DNA of 64,000 nucleotides from Candidatus Woesearchaeota archaeon (GTDB lineage: Archaea > Nanobdellota > Nanobdellia > SCGC-AAA011-G17 > JACPIM01): positions 29,939 to 93,938 of the forward strand of contig CAZELK010000004.1 in the NCBI GenBank assembly GCA_964513145.1. Reading direction: 5' to 3'. The notes beneath the pieces are model-generated. The model saw only the letters and a program-made list of their open reading frames with translations, was not told the origin of the DNA and searched no databases. The position numbers were made by a program, and so were the translations under genes. Shown here one piece after another: positions 1 through 10,424 of this stretch (position 1 is the first letter of the stretch; every line of letters begins with the position of its first letter).

Positions 1-46
1 AAAAGCAGAAGACAGCCCTATAAGATGATAAAAAGTTTTAAAATAC

Positions 47-238
47 TTAATGATTTTCCAAATTTGACTTAGTATTGGAGTAAGCATATCTCTTTCTAAA
101 ACTATTAAAAAATAATATTAAACCAAGAAAGATAAGTGGTAAAGAATAGTATGTTGCTAAAGGTTCTTTAGAATTTATAATTACAATTGTCCCCATAATT
201 ATCCCAAATAAACCGCCTGAAAAATGTTTAGCATTCAT
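47..238 (-). CDS. small membrane protein, two predicted TM helices
   Basis: 63-aa ORF with two hydrophobic stretches. Confidence 0.45.
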   Translation of the reverse strand: MNAKHFSGGLFGIIMGTIVIINSKEPLATYYSLPLIFLGLILFFNSFRKRYAYSNTKSNLENH

Positions 239-376
239 AATACCTAACCAGAATATGAGCTTTATAAATTTAATTATAAGAATTTTGAAATAATTTCAAT
301 ATTTCATGTTTAAAATCGAAAACTCTCCGAATATTTTTACAAAAAAGTTATAAAAGAAATTATCCTTAATTAATTT

Positions 377-697
377 ATGAAAGAAGCTGAAAAACAAGAC
401 CTTGTAGAAAATATTGTCAGGTTAGTTGTCTATATAATTATTTGTTATTTTATATTGAAGATATTCAGGGTGATTTAAATTCGTTATTTAAAAGTAATCT
501 TTCAGGGTTTTTATTTTCTTTTAATATTTATTACTATATTTGATTTATCTACTAGCTTTATGTATAAAATTAATTTGATTAACGAAATTCTAAATTTTAA
601 AGATATCTTAATATTTGGTTTTAGTTCGTTGTATATTGCTTTATTAAATATAACCTCTGCTAAATTATTTGGTTTTGAGATATTGAAACAAGAATGA
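377..697 (+). pseudogene. possible membrane-protein gene with premature stop
   Basis: ATG 377 to TGA 695-697 in one frame with a single internal TAA (476-478); hydrophobic on both sides of the stop. Confidence 0.3.
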
Positions 698-698
698 T

Positions 699-1007
699 TT
701 ATTTTTGTCCTAATTCTCTTTCTAATTTATTTGCGGCTGCTTGTTTTCTTAAAGACCCATATACTATTTTTGCTCCAGCCGCTAATCCTAAAAGAATAAA
801 ATCAGCACTAATCCCATAATGTGAACGAACATGATCTTTAATATCCTCCAAAAAAAGACCTAAATTTGGTTTTTCTCTTAATATTATTCTAAGATCTTTA
901 ATATCATTAATATCCAAATAAAAATCCGAGTCTAAATTGCTCATCGCTTTTATAGTTTCTTCACTAACTACAGGCAATCCGTCTTTAGTATAATTGAATT
1001 CTGGCAT
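699..1007 (-). CDS. hypothetical protein
   Basis: 102-aa ORF, protein-like composition. Confidence 0.55.
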   Translation of the reverse strand: MPEFNYTKDGLPVVSEETIKAMSNLDSDFYLDINDIKDLRIILREKPNLGLFLEDIKDHVRSHYGISADFILLGLAAGAKIVYGSLRKQAAANKLERELGQK

Positions 1008-1060
1008 TTGTTTTCGTCAATAATAAATCTTTATAAATGTTACTAATTAGACTTAAATTT

Positions 1061-2338
1061 ATGAACAAATATACTCAATTAGGATTAAAAGTTGACAAAG
1101 AAATAGACAATCAATTAAAAATAGTTTCTGAAGAAATATGTAAAAATATTAATGATGTAAAAAGCATCATAATTTATGGCGGTTTTGGTCGTGGTGAAGG
1201 ATCAGTAAAAAAAGTAAATGGTAAATATTACCCAGCAAATGATTTTGATATTTATGTTATTACTGAGAAAAAAGCTGATGGCGAACTATTAGACAACATA
1301 GCTAAAACTGTTGCTGCAAGATTAGGAAGCAAGGGAATAGAATTTAATAAATTTGACAAAAACTGGAGTTTTGAGGACAATTTCTATTTGGATTTAAAGT
1401 GCTTAACTTTAAATGAATTAAAAAAATTAGTGCCTATGATAAGGTACTATGAATTAAGAAATTCAACCAACATAATTTATGGAGAAGATGTCAGGAATTT
1501 AATACCTGACTACAAAATAGAAGATATTCCTTTAGGTGAAGGATTTAGAGTTTTATTAAATAGAATGACACATTTAGTGGAGTATTTCTCAACTGAAGGA
1601 AAACATAATGATTTAGTTTTGAGTTTTTTCTGCACAAAAGCATATATAGACAGCTGTACTGCATTGTCTCTGCTTTCAAAAAGATATTCTCCTTCTTATA
1701 AAAAAAGAATGGAAGAATTTTATAATAATTATAAAGAAGACTTTCCAGAATTATATGATAAACTACCTGATTTACATGAAAAAATCAAGAAATATACTTT
1801 ATGGAAATTAAATTTTAATGGATTGCCTGAGAAAAATGCTGTTAAATTTTGGCTGCAAACAAGAAAAGATCTTTTGGAAGTTGTTAAATATTTTATTTCA
1901 AAATTAACTAATAAAAAAATAGAGACTATCGAAGAATTAAGTTTAGCAATTATTAATTTAGGGAATGAATATTATGAACCTTATAGCAAATATTTTTTAC
2001 AAAATAAATTTAATGTCAGATCAAAAATGTTAATTAAGATTATATCTAAGTGTATACCTTGGGGTTTTAAGTATTTATATTTTAAGAAAATATTAAAAGA
2101 AAAAAAGTTTTATCCAGAAATTTTATTGAATAAGAGAAGCCCTGACGTAATAATATTTGGGTCTGTACCTTTTATATTATTTGCAATTGATGAAGATTTA
2201 AATATTGTACAAGAAAATTTTAATAAGGGTTTTAAGACTTTAAGCAATGTATTTCCTACTAAAGCTAAAAATTGGGAAGAACTAAGCCAGGATTATGCTG
2301 ATGCTTATATTTTATTTTATTTAATGAAGATTGTTTAA
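1061..2338 (+). CDS. Pol-beta-superfamily nucleotidyltransferase-domain protein (glycan-locus type)
   Basis: YGGFGRGEG...NDFDIYV (GS/GG-DxD motif); start moved from 1037 to the ATG at 1061. Confidence 0.75.
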   Translation: MNKYTQLGLKVDKEIDNQLKIVSEEICKNINDVKSIIIYGGFGRGEGSVKKVNGKYYPANDFDIYVITEKKADGELLDNIAKTVAARLGSKGIEFNKFDKNWSFEDNFYLDLKCLTLNELKKLVPMIRYYELRNSTNIIYGEDVRNLIPDYKIEDIPLGEGFRVLLNRMTHLVEYFSTEGKHNDLVLSFFCTKAYIDSCTALSLLSKRYSPSYKKRMEEFYNNYKEDFPELYDKLPDLHEKIKKYTLWKLNFNGLPEKNAVKFWLQTRKDLLEVVKYFISKLTNKKIETIEELSLAIINLGNEYYEPYSKYFLQNKFNVRSKMLIKIISKCIPWGFKYLYFKKILKEKKFYPEILLNKRSPDVIIFGSVPFILFAIDEDLNIVQENFNKGFKTLSNVFPTKAKNWEELSQDYADAYILFYLMKIV

Positions 2339-2773
2339 ATTTTTGACTATATCTTTAAAATCTTCAAATCTTCTACGGCAATTTTCAGTAGCTGAATTTT
2401 TATTTACGTAATTACTGGATATTTCAATTAATATTTCTAAAGGATTTTTATTTTCTTTAATTCCTTCTTTAAATAAATCAAAGTTTTCTTTATGACCAAA
2501 TATTGTAGGGTCAAATTTTAATGGATCTGGAAAGAATACTGCAACATATGCTGAATTAATATCATCTAGACCATGATGTTTTAGTAAATCATATAAAAAC
2601 AACTCGCCAGTTACCCAAAATCCTAAACTTTCTGACTCTATTATTTCTTTTGCTTTTTGGCTCATTTGAGAAACTACATGTAAAAAATAATCTGATAAAT
2701 TAGTATGGCTGCCTCTTGGAACATATTTACTATTAAATCCTTTATAATCATTTATTGTTTTCTCAATTTTCAT
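2321..2773 (-). CDS. hypothetical protein
   Basis: ORF 2321..2851; ATG at 2773 (MKIEKT) avoids overlap with the upstream gene. Confidence 0.55.
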   Translation of the reverse strand: MKIEKTINDYKGFNSKYVPRGSHTNLSDYFLHVVSQMSQKAKEIIESESLGFWVTGELFLYDLLKHHGLDDINSAYVAVFFPDPLKFDPTIFGHKENFDLFKEGIKENKNPLEILIEISSNYVNKNSATENCRRRFEDFKDIVKNLNNLH

Positions 2774-2783
2774 TTTTCTTTTT

Positions 2784-3923
2784 TTAACTGTTTTTAAGAT
2801 GCTTCTCAAAAAAATTATATGCTCTTTCACGTGCTTCTCTCGGCAATTCATGACCTACTTTGGGCAAATAAATTGATGAAAAATATGTCTCTTTTCCCAA
2901 CTTTTTGTATAATTCAGCAGTTTTATTAATTTTATTTTCTGCCTCTATTTTTGGAAATATTGGGTCTTCTTCTGAATATATTATCATTAATGATCTTGGT
3001 GCTATTAAAGTTAATAAGCCCTCAGTGTCAACATATTTTGCAACGCCAGGCAATACAGTAAGCCATGTTTTGAGGATAGCACTTTCTGCATGTTGCCTGA
3101 TATTTGCTACTGAACTTGATAAAACTGTTGATTTAATTCTATTATCTAAAGCAGCCAAATACATGCATCTTGTTCCACCCATTGAATGCCCGATACAGCC
3201 TATTCTATTATTATCTACATAGCTTAAGGAACTTAAAATATTTAAAGCCATTATTTCTTCTTGTATCATTATTCCGATTGGTGGATGACCAATTTCTATT
3301 AGCTGTTGCGCCTGAATTTCTTCCATAATCTCGGGAGAAGTATTTGTTTCCTTAACTGATAAATAACTATCACCAAATAAAGGAGCATCTATTGCTAAAA
3401 CAACATATCCTCTTTCAGCAAGTTCTTTTCCATAAAATAAATCCTTGTTTCCAGCATTGCCGACAACTTCATCTTTGCCATATTCATAAAAACCACCATG
3501 TTGGTGCATAGCCATTACAGCAGGCATTTTTCTATTAATTATTTTAGGCACTAAAAGATAAGCATAGCGTCCAGTCATATTTGATGTATATAAAAAAATC
3601 TTTTTCTCAGTATAATCTCCCTTATCAATTGAGGTAATTTCATCTATTTTTGGTTTCTTAAATTGTATTAATGGCATATTCATTAATTCAAATAATTTAT
3701 ATCTTAATTTTTTATCAAAAGTAATTTTATCTCGATCATCCTTTATATCAGAGATATCAAATTTTGGTTCTTGATTTCTCTCAATATATTTCACTCCAAA
3801 AAATGCAAACCATATATCCTTTGATATTTCAGAATTATTATCTAATCCTTGATTTTCTTTGCAACTATTAATAGAACTAATTACTAAAAGAATAATAAAG
3901 ACTTTTATAAATTTGAATTTCAT
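2784..3923 (-). CDS. secreted/lipoprotein alpha/beta hydrolase (dienelactone hydrolase / acetylxylan esterase-like)
   Basis: signal peptide ending in SSINSC; GHSMGG nucleophile elbow; D and GHE triad positions. Confidence 0.8.
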   Translation of the reverse strand: MKFKFIKVFIILLVISSINSCKENQGLDNNSEISKDIWFAFFGVKYIERNQEPKFDISDIKDDRDKITFDKKLRYKLFELMNMPLIQFKKPKIDEITSIDKGDYTEKKIFLYTSNMTGRYAYLLVPKIINRKMPAVMAMHQHGGFYEYGKDEVVGNAGNKDLFYGKELAERGYVVLAIDAPLFGDSYLSVKETNTSPEIMEEIQAQQLIEIGHPPIGIMIQEEIMALNILSSLSYVDNNRIGCIGHSMGGTRCMYLAALDNRIKSTVLSSSVANIRQHAESAILKTWLTVLPGVAKYVDTEGLLTLIAPRSLMIIYSEEDPIFPKIEAENKINKTAELYKKLGKETYFSSIYLPKVGHELPREARERAYNFFEKHLKNS

Positions 3924-4041
3924 ATGTAATCTATCTTTTCTTTCTATTCATCAATTTTTAAATTTTTAGGCACTCTGTACTTGTCATAAAATTTCTAATT
4001 TATAAACTTTTAGACCAATATTTATAAAACCTTGATTTTAT

Positions 4042-5154
4042 ATGTTTTTGATGAAAACTCTAATTTTGTATATAGATGCTTTGGGATTTAATTTTATTAA
4101 TAAAGAGAACACACCATTTTTATATAATTATGGCGCTGAAAATTCATTAGTTAAATTAAAGACTTTATTAGGATATACTGCCATAGAGAATACATTCATA
4201 ACTGGAAAAAAACCAAATGAAACTGGCATATGGACAGAATTTATACATAAAAGAAATTATTTAGGCAGTTTTTTAAAAATTATATTATTGCCAAACTTTG
4301 CTTTGTCTTATATTTATGCTTTGTTGAATTATTTTAATGGCGCCACTTTTCTTTCAAAACTCCATAATATACCAAGAAGATATTTTGGAAAATTCAACAG
4401 CAGTGTTAGGGATGGATTATGGAAAAGAGAATATTTTCAGAACAAATCTTTTGTTTATTATGGGTGGCCTTTTTTTGTTGTAAATAACAAAATAAAACTG
4501 GATTTCATTAAAAGAAATGATGAATATAAAGTAAAGAAATTCATAAAAAGCTTTAATGAAAAAATTGACTTATATTTTATTCACTTGGTTGATTTGGATA
4601 AAAAAATGCATGAATTTGGAACTAGACATGAGAATTCAATTGACGAGATAAAAAAACAAGATTATTATGCGAGCTTAATTGTAAATGAATTTAAGAGCAA
4701 ATTCAGAAATTCCAAAATAATTATATGGAGTGATCATGGTTTTATTGACATAAAAGGTTATATAGATATAAATGAGATTTTAAGAAACTTAAAAGGAATA
4801 GAATATTTTTTAGATTCAACAATAGCAAGATTTTGGTTTAAGAATAATGAGTCAAGAGATATTTTATTAAAAATATTAAAAGACAGAAAAGATGGTGTTG
4901 TTGTCGGTTTAAATGAAAGAAATAAATATAATATTCCTTTTGGCATTGAATATGGCGAAGTAATATTTGCTGTAAACCCTGGTTATTTAATTTTGCCTAA
5001 TTTTTATCAAGGTTCAAAGGCTGTAAAGGGAATGCACGGCTATATGCCTGACAAAGCTGATTTGGATGCCTTTTTTATAATAAATAAGAAAATAAATAAA
5101 AAGACTTTAAATATGGACGAGGTTTTGTTTTTTTTAGAAGATGGAAACTTATAA
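4042..5154 (+). CDS. alkaline-phosphatase-superfamily (nucleotide pyrophosphatase/phosphodiesterase) protein
   Basis: IDALG, LGYT, DLDKKMH, SDHG and GMHGY metal-binding motifs. Confidence 0.8.
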   Translation: MFLMKTLILYIDALGFNFINKENTPFLYNYGAENSLVKLKTLLGYTAIENTFITGKKPNETGIWTEFIHKRNYLGSFLKIILLPNFALSYIYALLNYFNGATFLSKLHNIPRRYFGKFNSSVRDGLWKREYFQNKSFVYYGWPFFVVNNKIKLDFIKRNDEYKVKKFIKSFNEKIDLYFIHLVDLDKKMHEFGTRHENSIDEIKKQDYYASLIVNEFKSKFRNSKIIIWSDHGFIDIKGYIDINEILRNLKGIEYFLDSTIARFWFKNNESRDILLKILKDRKDGVVVGLNERNKYNIPFGIEYGEVIFAVNPGYLILPNFYQGSKAVKGMHGYMPDKADLDAFFIINKKINKKTLNMDEVLFFLEDGNL

Positions 5155-6331
5155 CTTTACAGATAAAGTTTATTTAGAAAACTGCAAAAATGCTAAAGAA
5201 GTTTTTAATTTTATAGACAAAACTCTGGATAATTATAAATTGCCTAAAGACAAGAATGCTAGAATAGTTTTAAAACCTAATTTTAACAATGACATGAATG
5301 CATTAATCGGGAATTCTACTGATTTAAGGGTTATTGTTGGTATAATAAAGGCACTTCAAAAGAGAAAGTACAAAAATATAACTATAGCTGAGGGCCCTAA
5401 TTGTGGTATTGACCACATGAATATTGATGTTTTTAAAAGATTAAGAATAGACAAAATTGCTGAATTATTTAATGTTAGTTTAGTAAATTTAAACAAATCA
5501 GATTATGAGGTCGTTGACCTTGTTACTGGAAAAGCTAAAATTGGAAAAATAATTTTAGACAATGATTTTTTGATTAATTTGCCAAAAGTTAAGACTCATA
5601 TTGAAGTTGGAATGACTATTTGCCTGAAGAATTTTGTTGGATGCTATCAGGCTTTAGACAAAAGAAATATTCATGACAGCTTGGTTGAGAACATAGTAAA
5701 AATGAATTTAATTAAGAAACCAGACTTAAACATAGTTGACGGTTTAATTGCTATGGAAGGAAACGGTCCTGCTGCAGGAATACCTAAAAAATTAAATTTA
5801 ATTTTAATTGGAAAGAATTCATTTACAACTGATTTATTATGTACAAAATTATTTGATTTTGATATTGGTGATGTTCCTTATTTAAAATTAGCTATAGAAA
5901 AAGGACATATAAATAAAGACGATTTGGAATATTCTAAAACTATTAAACAAGTTGCTTCTTTGAAAAAAGCTAAGGAAAATTTGTTTGCAAGAGTATTCTT
6001 AAATAATTTCTTTGTTAGATTAAGGTATAACAGATTTATTGATCCTTTATTCAGGAACGGACCCATACCAAGTTTTTTTAATATAATTGGAGTAAGACAG
6101 GATGTTTATGATTTTAGTGATGATAATATAACTAAATTACATTTAAATGGTTATTCTGAAAAATGTGAGGAAGTTTGTCCAATAAGCTTGAGAACTCCAA
6201 AAGACAAAAAATGTTTTCAATGTCTATATTGTTTAATGGTTGATAAAGAAATTAAACATGAAGGGAAATTAGGATTTTTAAAAAATCAATTAAATAGATA
6301 TGATAAGCATTTAAAAAATTTATATCCCTAA
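5141..6331 (+). CDS. DUF362-domain protein with C-terminal Cys cluster (Fe-S)
   Basis: VLKPNF, LPKVKTH, CLKNFVG, DGLIAMEGNGP; C-terminal CEEVCP...CFQCLYC. Confidence 0.85.
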   Translation: METYNFTDKVYLENCKNAKEVFNFIDKTLDNYKLPKDKNARIVLKPNFNNDMNALIGNSTDLRVIVGIIKALQKRKYKNITIAEGPNCGIDHMNIDVFKRLRIDKIAELFNVSLVNLNKSDYEVVDLVTGKAKIGKIILDNDFLINLPKVKTHIEVGMTICLKNFVGCYQALDKRNIHDSLVENIVKMNLIKKPDLNIVDGLIAMEGNGPAAGIPKKLNLILIGKNSFTTDLLCTKLFDFDIGDVPYLKLAIEKGHINKDDLEYSKTIKQVASLKKAKENLFARVFLNNFFVRLRYNRFIDPLFRNGPIPSFFNIIGVRQDVYDFSDDNITKLHLNGYSEKCEEVCPISLRTPKDKKCFQCLYCLMVDKEIKHEGKLGFLKNQLNRYDKHLKNLYP

Positions 6332-6646
6332 TTTTATAAAGCTGACAAAACCAACTAAATCCAGATATAAACTGACTTTATTTTTTTGAGCATAATCTTC
6401 AAAGATTTTATAAATAAAGTTCAGGTCAAAACCTGGAAAGTCACACTTGAAAATTACATTTAATTCTTCAGGCTTAATATTTTTATTTTCTATCAAAGAA
6501 ACTGCCAAAGAAGCCAAGTCTTTTAATCCTTTATTTGATTTACTTGATTTAATGCCTAGAATTGGTGGATTATAAATTATTTTATAGCTTAAGTTATCTT
6601 CTATTTTAGAATTATAGTCTCCGGATTTCTCAAATATTATTTCCAT
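6320..6646 (-). CDS. hypothetical protein
   Basis: 108-aa ORF following the GT39 gene; 3' end overlaps the convergent DUF362 gene. Confidence 0.45.
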   Translation of the reverse strand: MEIIFEKSGDYNSKIEDNLSYKIIYNPPILGIKSSKSNKGLKDLASLAVSLIENKNIKPEELNVIFKCDFPGFDLNFIYKIFEDYAQKNKVSLYLDLVGFVSFIKLGI

Positions 6647-6673
6647 TATTAGTTTGTTAAAAAAAAAGTATTT

Positions 6674-8173
6674 TTAAAAGTTTTGTTTTTCTATGAATTC
6701 ATATATGATTAATGATGGATTTTGCTGCTGCTGGTCTTGGAAATAAACTCTTGATACCTTCAAGCTGTCTTTATTCTCATCTGGATATTTGTAAAATGCG
6801 TCAGCAGAACGCTCATACATTGAAACAACATAAAACTTTGGTTTTAAATTTAATACTTCTTCTTTTGTTTCAACATAATACGTAGACCTGTCTGAATAAT
6901 ATTGCATTTGTGGTATTGAATTTGAAATTATTACTTCTCCGGGCTTTGAGTTTTCCTTCATCCATATTGCTGCTTCTTTAACCTGTATATAAGAACCTTT
7001 TTTTGAGTTTATCAATTCATTAGAACTTTTAATTTGTGAGAAAGAACCAACCAGCAGCAGGATTACAATTACTATTAAAGCAGTATATTTATTGTAATTT
7101 TTTGCATATTCATAAATTCTAAACAAACCATATGCAGCTATAATTGCAATTATCGGCAATATGCCGATTAAGTATCTTTCTTCAATATATAAGCTCTTCA
7201 TGCCATGATAAATAAACGGCGGCAGCATAAACATAAACAAAAACAAGTTTTTTTGAAGGCTTGTTTCTTTAAACAGCAAATCAGGAGCAATAACAAAATC
7301 CAGTAAAAAAAATAATCCAATAATGAATGTTATGAACAAAAACCAGCCAATATTTCCTGGTACTGCAATTAAATATTGATACAAACCAGATATGCCTAGA
7401 TATGGCTGCTTGTCTTTTGCAGGAACACCAACTTCACCATAATGCCTTAAGAAATCTTGAACACCGCCAGGATAATTTTTTTGATATAAAATAAAAAACG
7501 GAGACAATATTAATAATATCAATAAAAAGGCACCAATCATGTGCTTATTTTTCCAGAATTTTCCTTTCTCTTTAATTAAATAAACAAAAACAAATGATAT
7601 AATTGCCAGGAATATAGCAAACCTGACTGACATTGCCAAACCAGCAAATAAGCCGAATAAGTAAATATATTTAGTATTATTTTCTTTTATATAACCTTTG
7701 TAAAAATAATAAACAGCAAATAACATTAATGCTGCGGCCGGAACTGAATTTAACAGTCTGGTTGTTTCAAACAAAATAATTTTTGAAAATGCCATTGCAA
7801 AGGCAGCTACAAGTGCTATTTTTTTATTAAATAATTCTTTTGCTGCCAAATAAGTTGCAAATACCAATAAAACCGAAAATAAAACTTCTGTAAATCTTAA
7901 TGCTGCTTCATCTAAACCTATGCTAAATAACAATGACCAAAAAACAGGCAAGAAAATAGTTCTCCTGTAATACCATATATCATTTGTTTCCAAATCAAGG
8001 CCTAATCTTCTGGCTTCTTCAGCATATTGTGCTTCATCCCACCATACTGGCTGATCAATAGTCGAAAATAGGAAATATAAGCGGATTATAAATGATAATA
8101 AAAGAATAAATATTAGTATGATGTTATAATAATCCTTAAAAAATTCAATTGTCTTTTTTTTTATTTCAATCAT
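6674..8173 (-). CDS. ArnT/PMT-like (GT39/GT83) membrane glycosyltransferase
   Basis: WWDEAQY loop after TM1, many TM helices, EERY motif. Confidence 0.85.
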   Translation of the reverse strand: MIEIKKKTIEFFKDYYNIILIFILLLSFIIRLYFLFSTIDQPVWWDEAQYAEEARRLGLDLETNDIWYYRRTIFLPVFWSLLFSIGLDEAALRFTEVLFSVLLVFATYLAAKELFNKKIALVAAFAMAFSKIILFETTRLLNSVPAAALMLFAVYYFYKGYIKENNTKYIYLFGLFAGLAMSVRFAIFLAIISFVFVYLIKEKGKFWKNKHMIGAFLLILLILSPFFILYQKNYPGGVQDFLRHYGEVGVPAKDKQPYLGISGLYQYLIAVPGNIGWFLFITFIIGLFFLLDFVIAPDLLFKETSLQKNLFLFMFMLPPFIYHGMKSLYIEERYLIGILPIIAIIAAYGLFRIYEYAKNYNKYTALIVIVILLLVGSFSQIKSSNELINSKKGSYIQVKEAAIWMKENSKPGEVIISNSIPQMQYYSDRSTYYVETKEEVLNLKPKFYVVSMYERSADAFYKYPDENKDSLKVSRVYFQDQQQQNPSLIIYEFIEKQNF

Positions 8174-8616
8174 TTTATATTTCTAACTTCTCTTATTCTT
8201 TTTCTAATATCATACCTTATTTTATTGTAAATTAAATTTGATATCTTAAGAATATTATCTGATTTAAATTCTTCAAATTGGCTTATACCACCTTCAAGAT
8301 TGTATTTTCTTTTGCCATTTTTATCTTTGATAATTACTTCTTCCAATTTGTCATTAATTTCTGGGCTAATATTATCTTTCCAATCAATACTTTTTTCATC
8401 TTTTTTATCAATGAACGTATAAATTGTATTCCCCTTGTAAAGAATTAATTGATTTTCTGTGAATCCATTAAATGGATTATAATTAAGAACAGATTCCCTA
8501 TAGACATACTTGGCTTCATTTTTAAAAGTGCCTGAGAATATTGTCTCATTATGCAAACGCAAACCCATGTATATAGCAGATAAAACCCCAAATAATGCAT
8601 ATTTTATTTTTTTCAT
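8170..8616 (-). CDS. hypothetical membrane-anchored protein
   Basis: N-terminal hydrophobic helix; start/stop overlaps with both neighbours. Confidence 0.65.
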   Translation of the reverse strand: MKKIKYALFGVLSAIYMGLRLHNETIFSGTFKNEAKYVYRESVLNYNPFNGFTENQLILYKGNTIYTFIDKKDEKSIDWKDNISPEINDKLEEVIIKDKNGKRKYNLEGGISQFEEFKSDNILKISNLIYNKIRYDIRKRIREVRNIK

Positions 8617-9509
8617 TTTGTACTACCAATAATCTTCCATGCATCCTTATGCTGTTGTTTTTTTATTTTTGATTCATAATAAGTATAAAGCCACATATAT
8701 AAACGGGCTGGAAACAACAGAAATGTGTAATAAAATTCTTTTAAATTTCTAGGATATGTTAAAGCTATAAATGTTCCTTCTATTATTTCATTTAAAAATG
8801 ATTTCATTTTAGGTATTTTTTTCCCTTTATACTCTATTTTATCCATGTTTAAATAAGCTTTTGAAACCCTTTTTTTCTGGGCTATCCAATCTTTAAAATT
8901 ATCAGGGTATTTTACAAAAACTCTTGCTTTAGGCAGATATTTTAATTTATAGCCTTCAGTCATAAAAATAAATGGTATTATGGCATCTTCAGGTATATCT
9001 CTATTGAATTCTTTTATTACCTTGTTTCTGAAAGCAAACAAATAGCCGCTTGATGTAAAATATTTCCCTAAATTATCTCTTCTTAATCTAGCTATATGGG
9101 CTCCATATAATAATAAATGCGACCAATACCCAAGCAAATTATTTTTTTCATTCAATGAAACTGGATTGCCAGTTACACAGCCAACTTTCGGATCTTCAAA
9201 TGCTTTTGATATTTCACTTAATGAATTTTCAGAAACAAAAACATCACCATCAGTCAATATTAATATATCTGATTTTTTTATTTCTTGAAACAACAAATTT
9301 AGGGCGTGCATCTTGCCTTTACCTGGATCCTGAAAATGCATAACTTGTTTATATTCTTTAACATAAGTCATTGCAACATCTGTAGTCTCTTTATCTGGAG
9401 AACTAACTATAATTTCGTATTTTTCTTTTACATCTTGTTTTAGAAAAGACTCTATTGCTCTTCCTATAGTTAACGGCTCTTTAAATGATGTTATAATTAT
9501 GCTTATCAT
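8613..9509 (-). CDS. GT2 glycosyltransferase
   Basis: IIITSFKE, GKMHALN, LTDGD (DxD), PEDA, QKKR. Confidence 0.92.
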   Translation of the reverse strand: MISIIITSFKEPLTIGRAIESFLKQDVKEKYEIIVSSPDKETTDVAMTYVKEYKQVMHFQDPGKGKMHALNLLFQEIKKSDILILTDGDVFVSENSLSEISKAFEDPKVGCVTGNPVSLNEKNNLLGYWSHLLLYGAHIARLRRDNLGKYFTSSGYLFAFRNKVIKEFNRDIPEDAIIPFIFMTEGYKLKYLPKARVFVKYPDNFKDWIAQKKRVSKAYLNMDKIEYKGKKIPKMKSFLNEIIEGTFIALTYPRNLKEFYYTFLLFPARLYMWLYTYYESKIKKQQHKDAWKIIGSTK

Positions 9510-9545
9510 AAATTAAGAACTTCAATACCCCATTAATAATATTTT

Positions 9546-10301
9546 CTATTGATCTCTTGTATCAAAATTAAATTGACAAGTCTCAGAACCGCAAAAATCA
9601 GATTTTAAAACTTTACCATCTTTTATTAATTTTAAACTTTTAACTTCCCAACTCCCAGTGGTATCACTTCTAATCGCATACTTTGTGAACTCATCAAGAC
9701 TTAAAGTTAGGCTGCATTTCATATTATTAAGACCATTATTTGGACATCTTTTTATATCTTTTACCCAACCATTTGCTGAAATAGCATAAACATACAGTGG
9801 GGACAAAGTATTTACTACTGTGGGAACTTTTTCTGATTCAGCTTCTATAGTGTAGGTTTTTTCACCGAAAAAATCTTCTGCTAAAACTTTTGACACTTGT
9901 GTCTCTATCATGTATTCCTGACTCCCTCTTAATGTACTTAATTTAAATTCACATTTATTTTTCGATTTACAAAAAACTTCTTTAAAAACAGGGCCTTCGA
10001 AATAAGAAATTTTTAACCAGTTAACTAACCAATTATCTGGCGAGATGCTTCTTATATAATATGCTTTTCTTTCATCTAAATGTAAGCTAAATCTGCATAT
10101 GCCAGAATTGTCATCTTTACTTAAAACACATACATTGTTTCCTATAATTTTTATATCTGGATTTACTTCATATACATCTAAGTAAACCTTGTTTGTTTGA
10201 TCAAGTACATTTTTTCCAGTAATTGAATTAACATTAAAAGAAACAAGAGAGATTAATAAAATCAAAACAGCCCCTATTAATATCTGATTATCTCTTTCCA
10301 T
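9546..10301 (-). CDS. secreted protein with two internal Cys-containing repeats
   Basis: signal anchor; repeated C..F/L.LDE..Y.IRS...W.V..LK...G.V.K..FC unit. Confidence 0.7.
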   Translation of the reverse strand: MERDNQILIGAVLILLISLVSFNVNSITGKNVLDQTNKVYLDVYEVNPDIKIIGNNVCVLSKDDNSGICRFSLHLDERKAYYIRSISPDNWLVNWLKISYFEGPVFKEVFCKSKNKCEFKLSTLRGSQEYMIETQVSKVLAEDFFGEKTYTIEAESEKVPTVVNTLSPLYVYAISANGWVKDIKRCPNNGLNNMKCSLTLSLDEFTKYAIRSDTTGSWEVKSLKLIKDGKVLKSDFCGSETCQFNFDTRDQ

Positions 10302-10424
10302 TTACAACCTCTTTTAATAAGATTAGGTTATTACTTATTTATATATCTTTTTATGGAATTTGGGCTCAGGCATCTATTATTTTTTATATAAACATTTTTA
10401 AAATATCAAGTTTAGTTTCAATAA

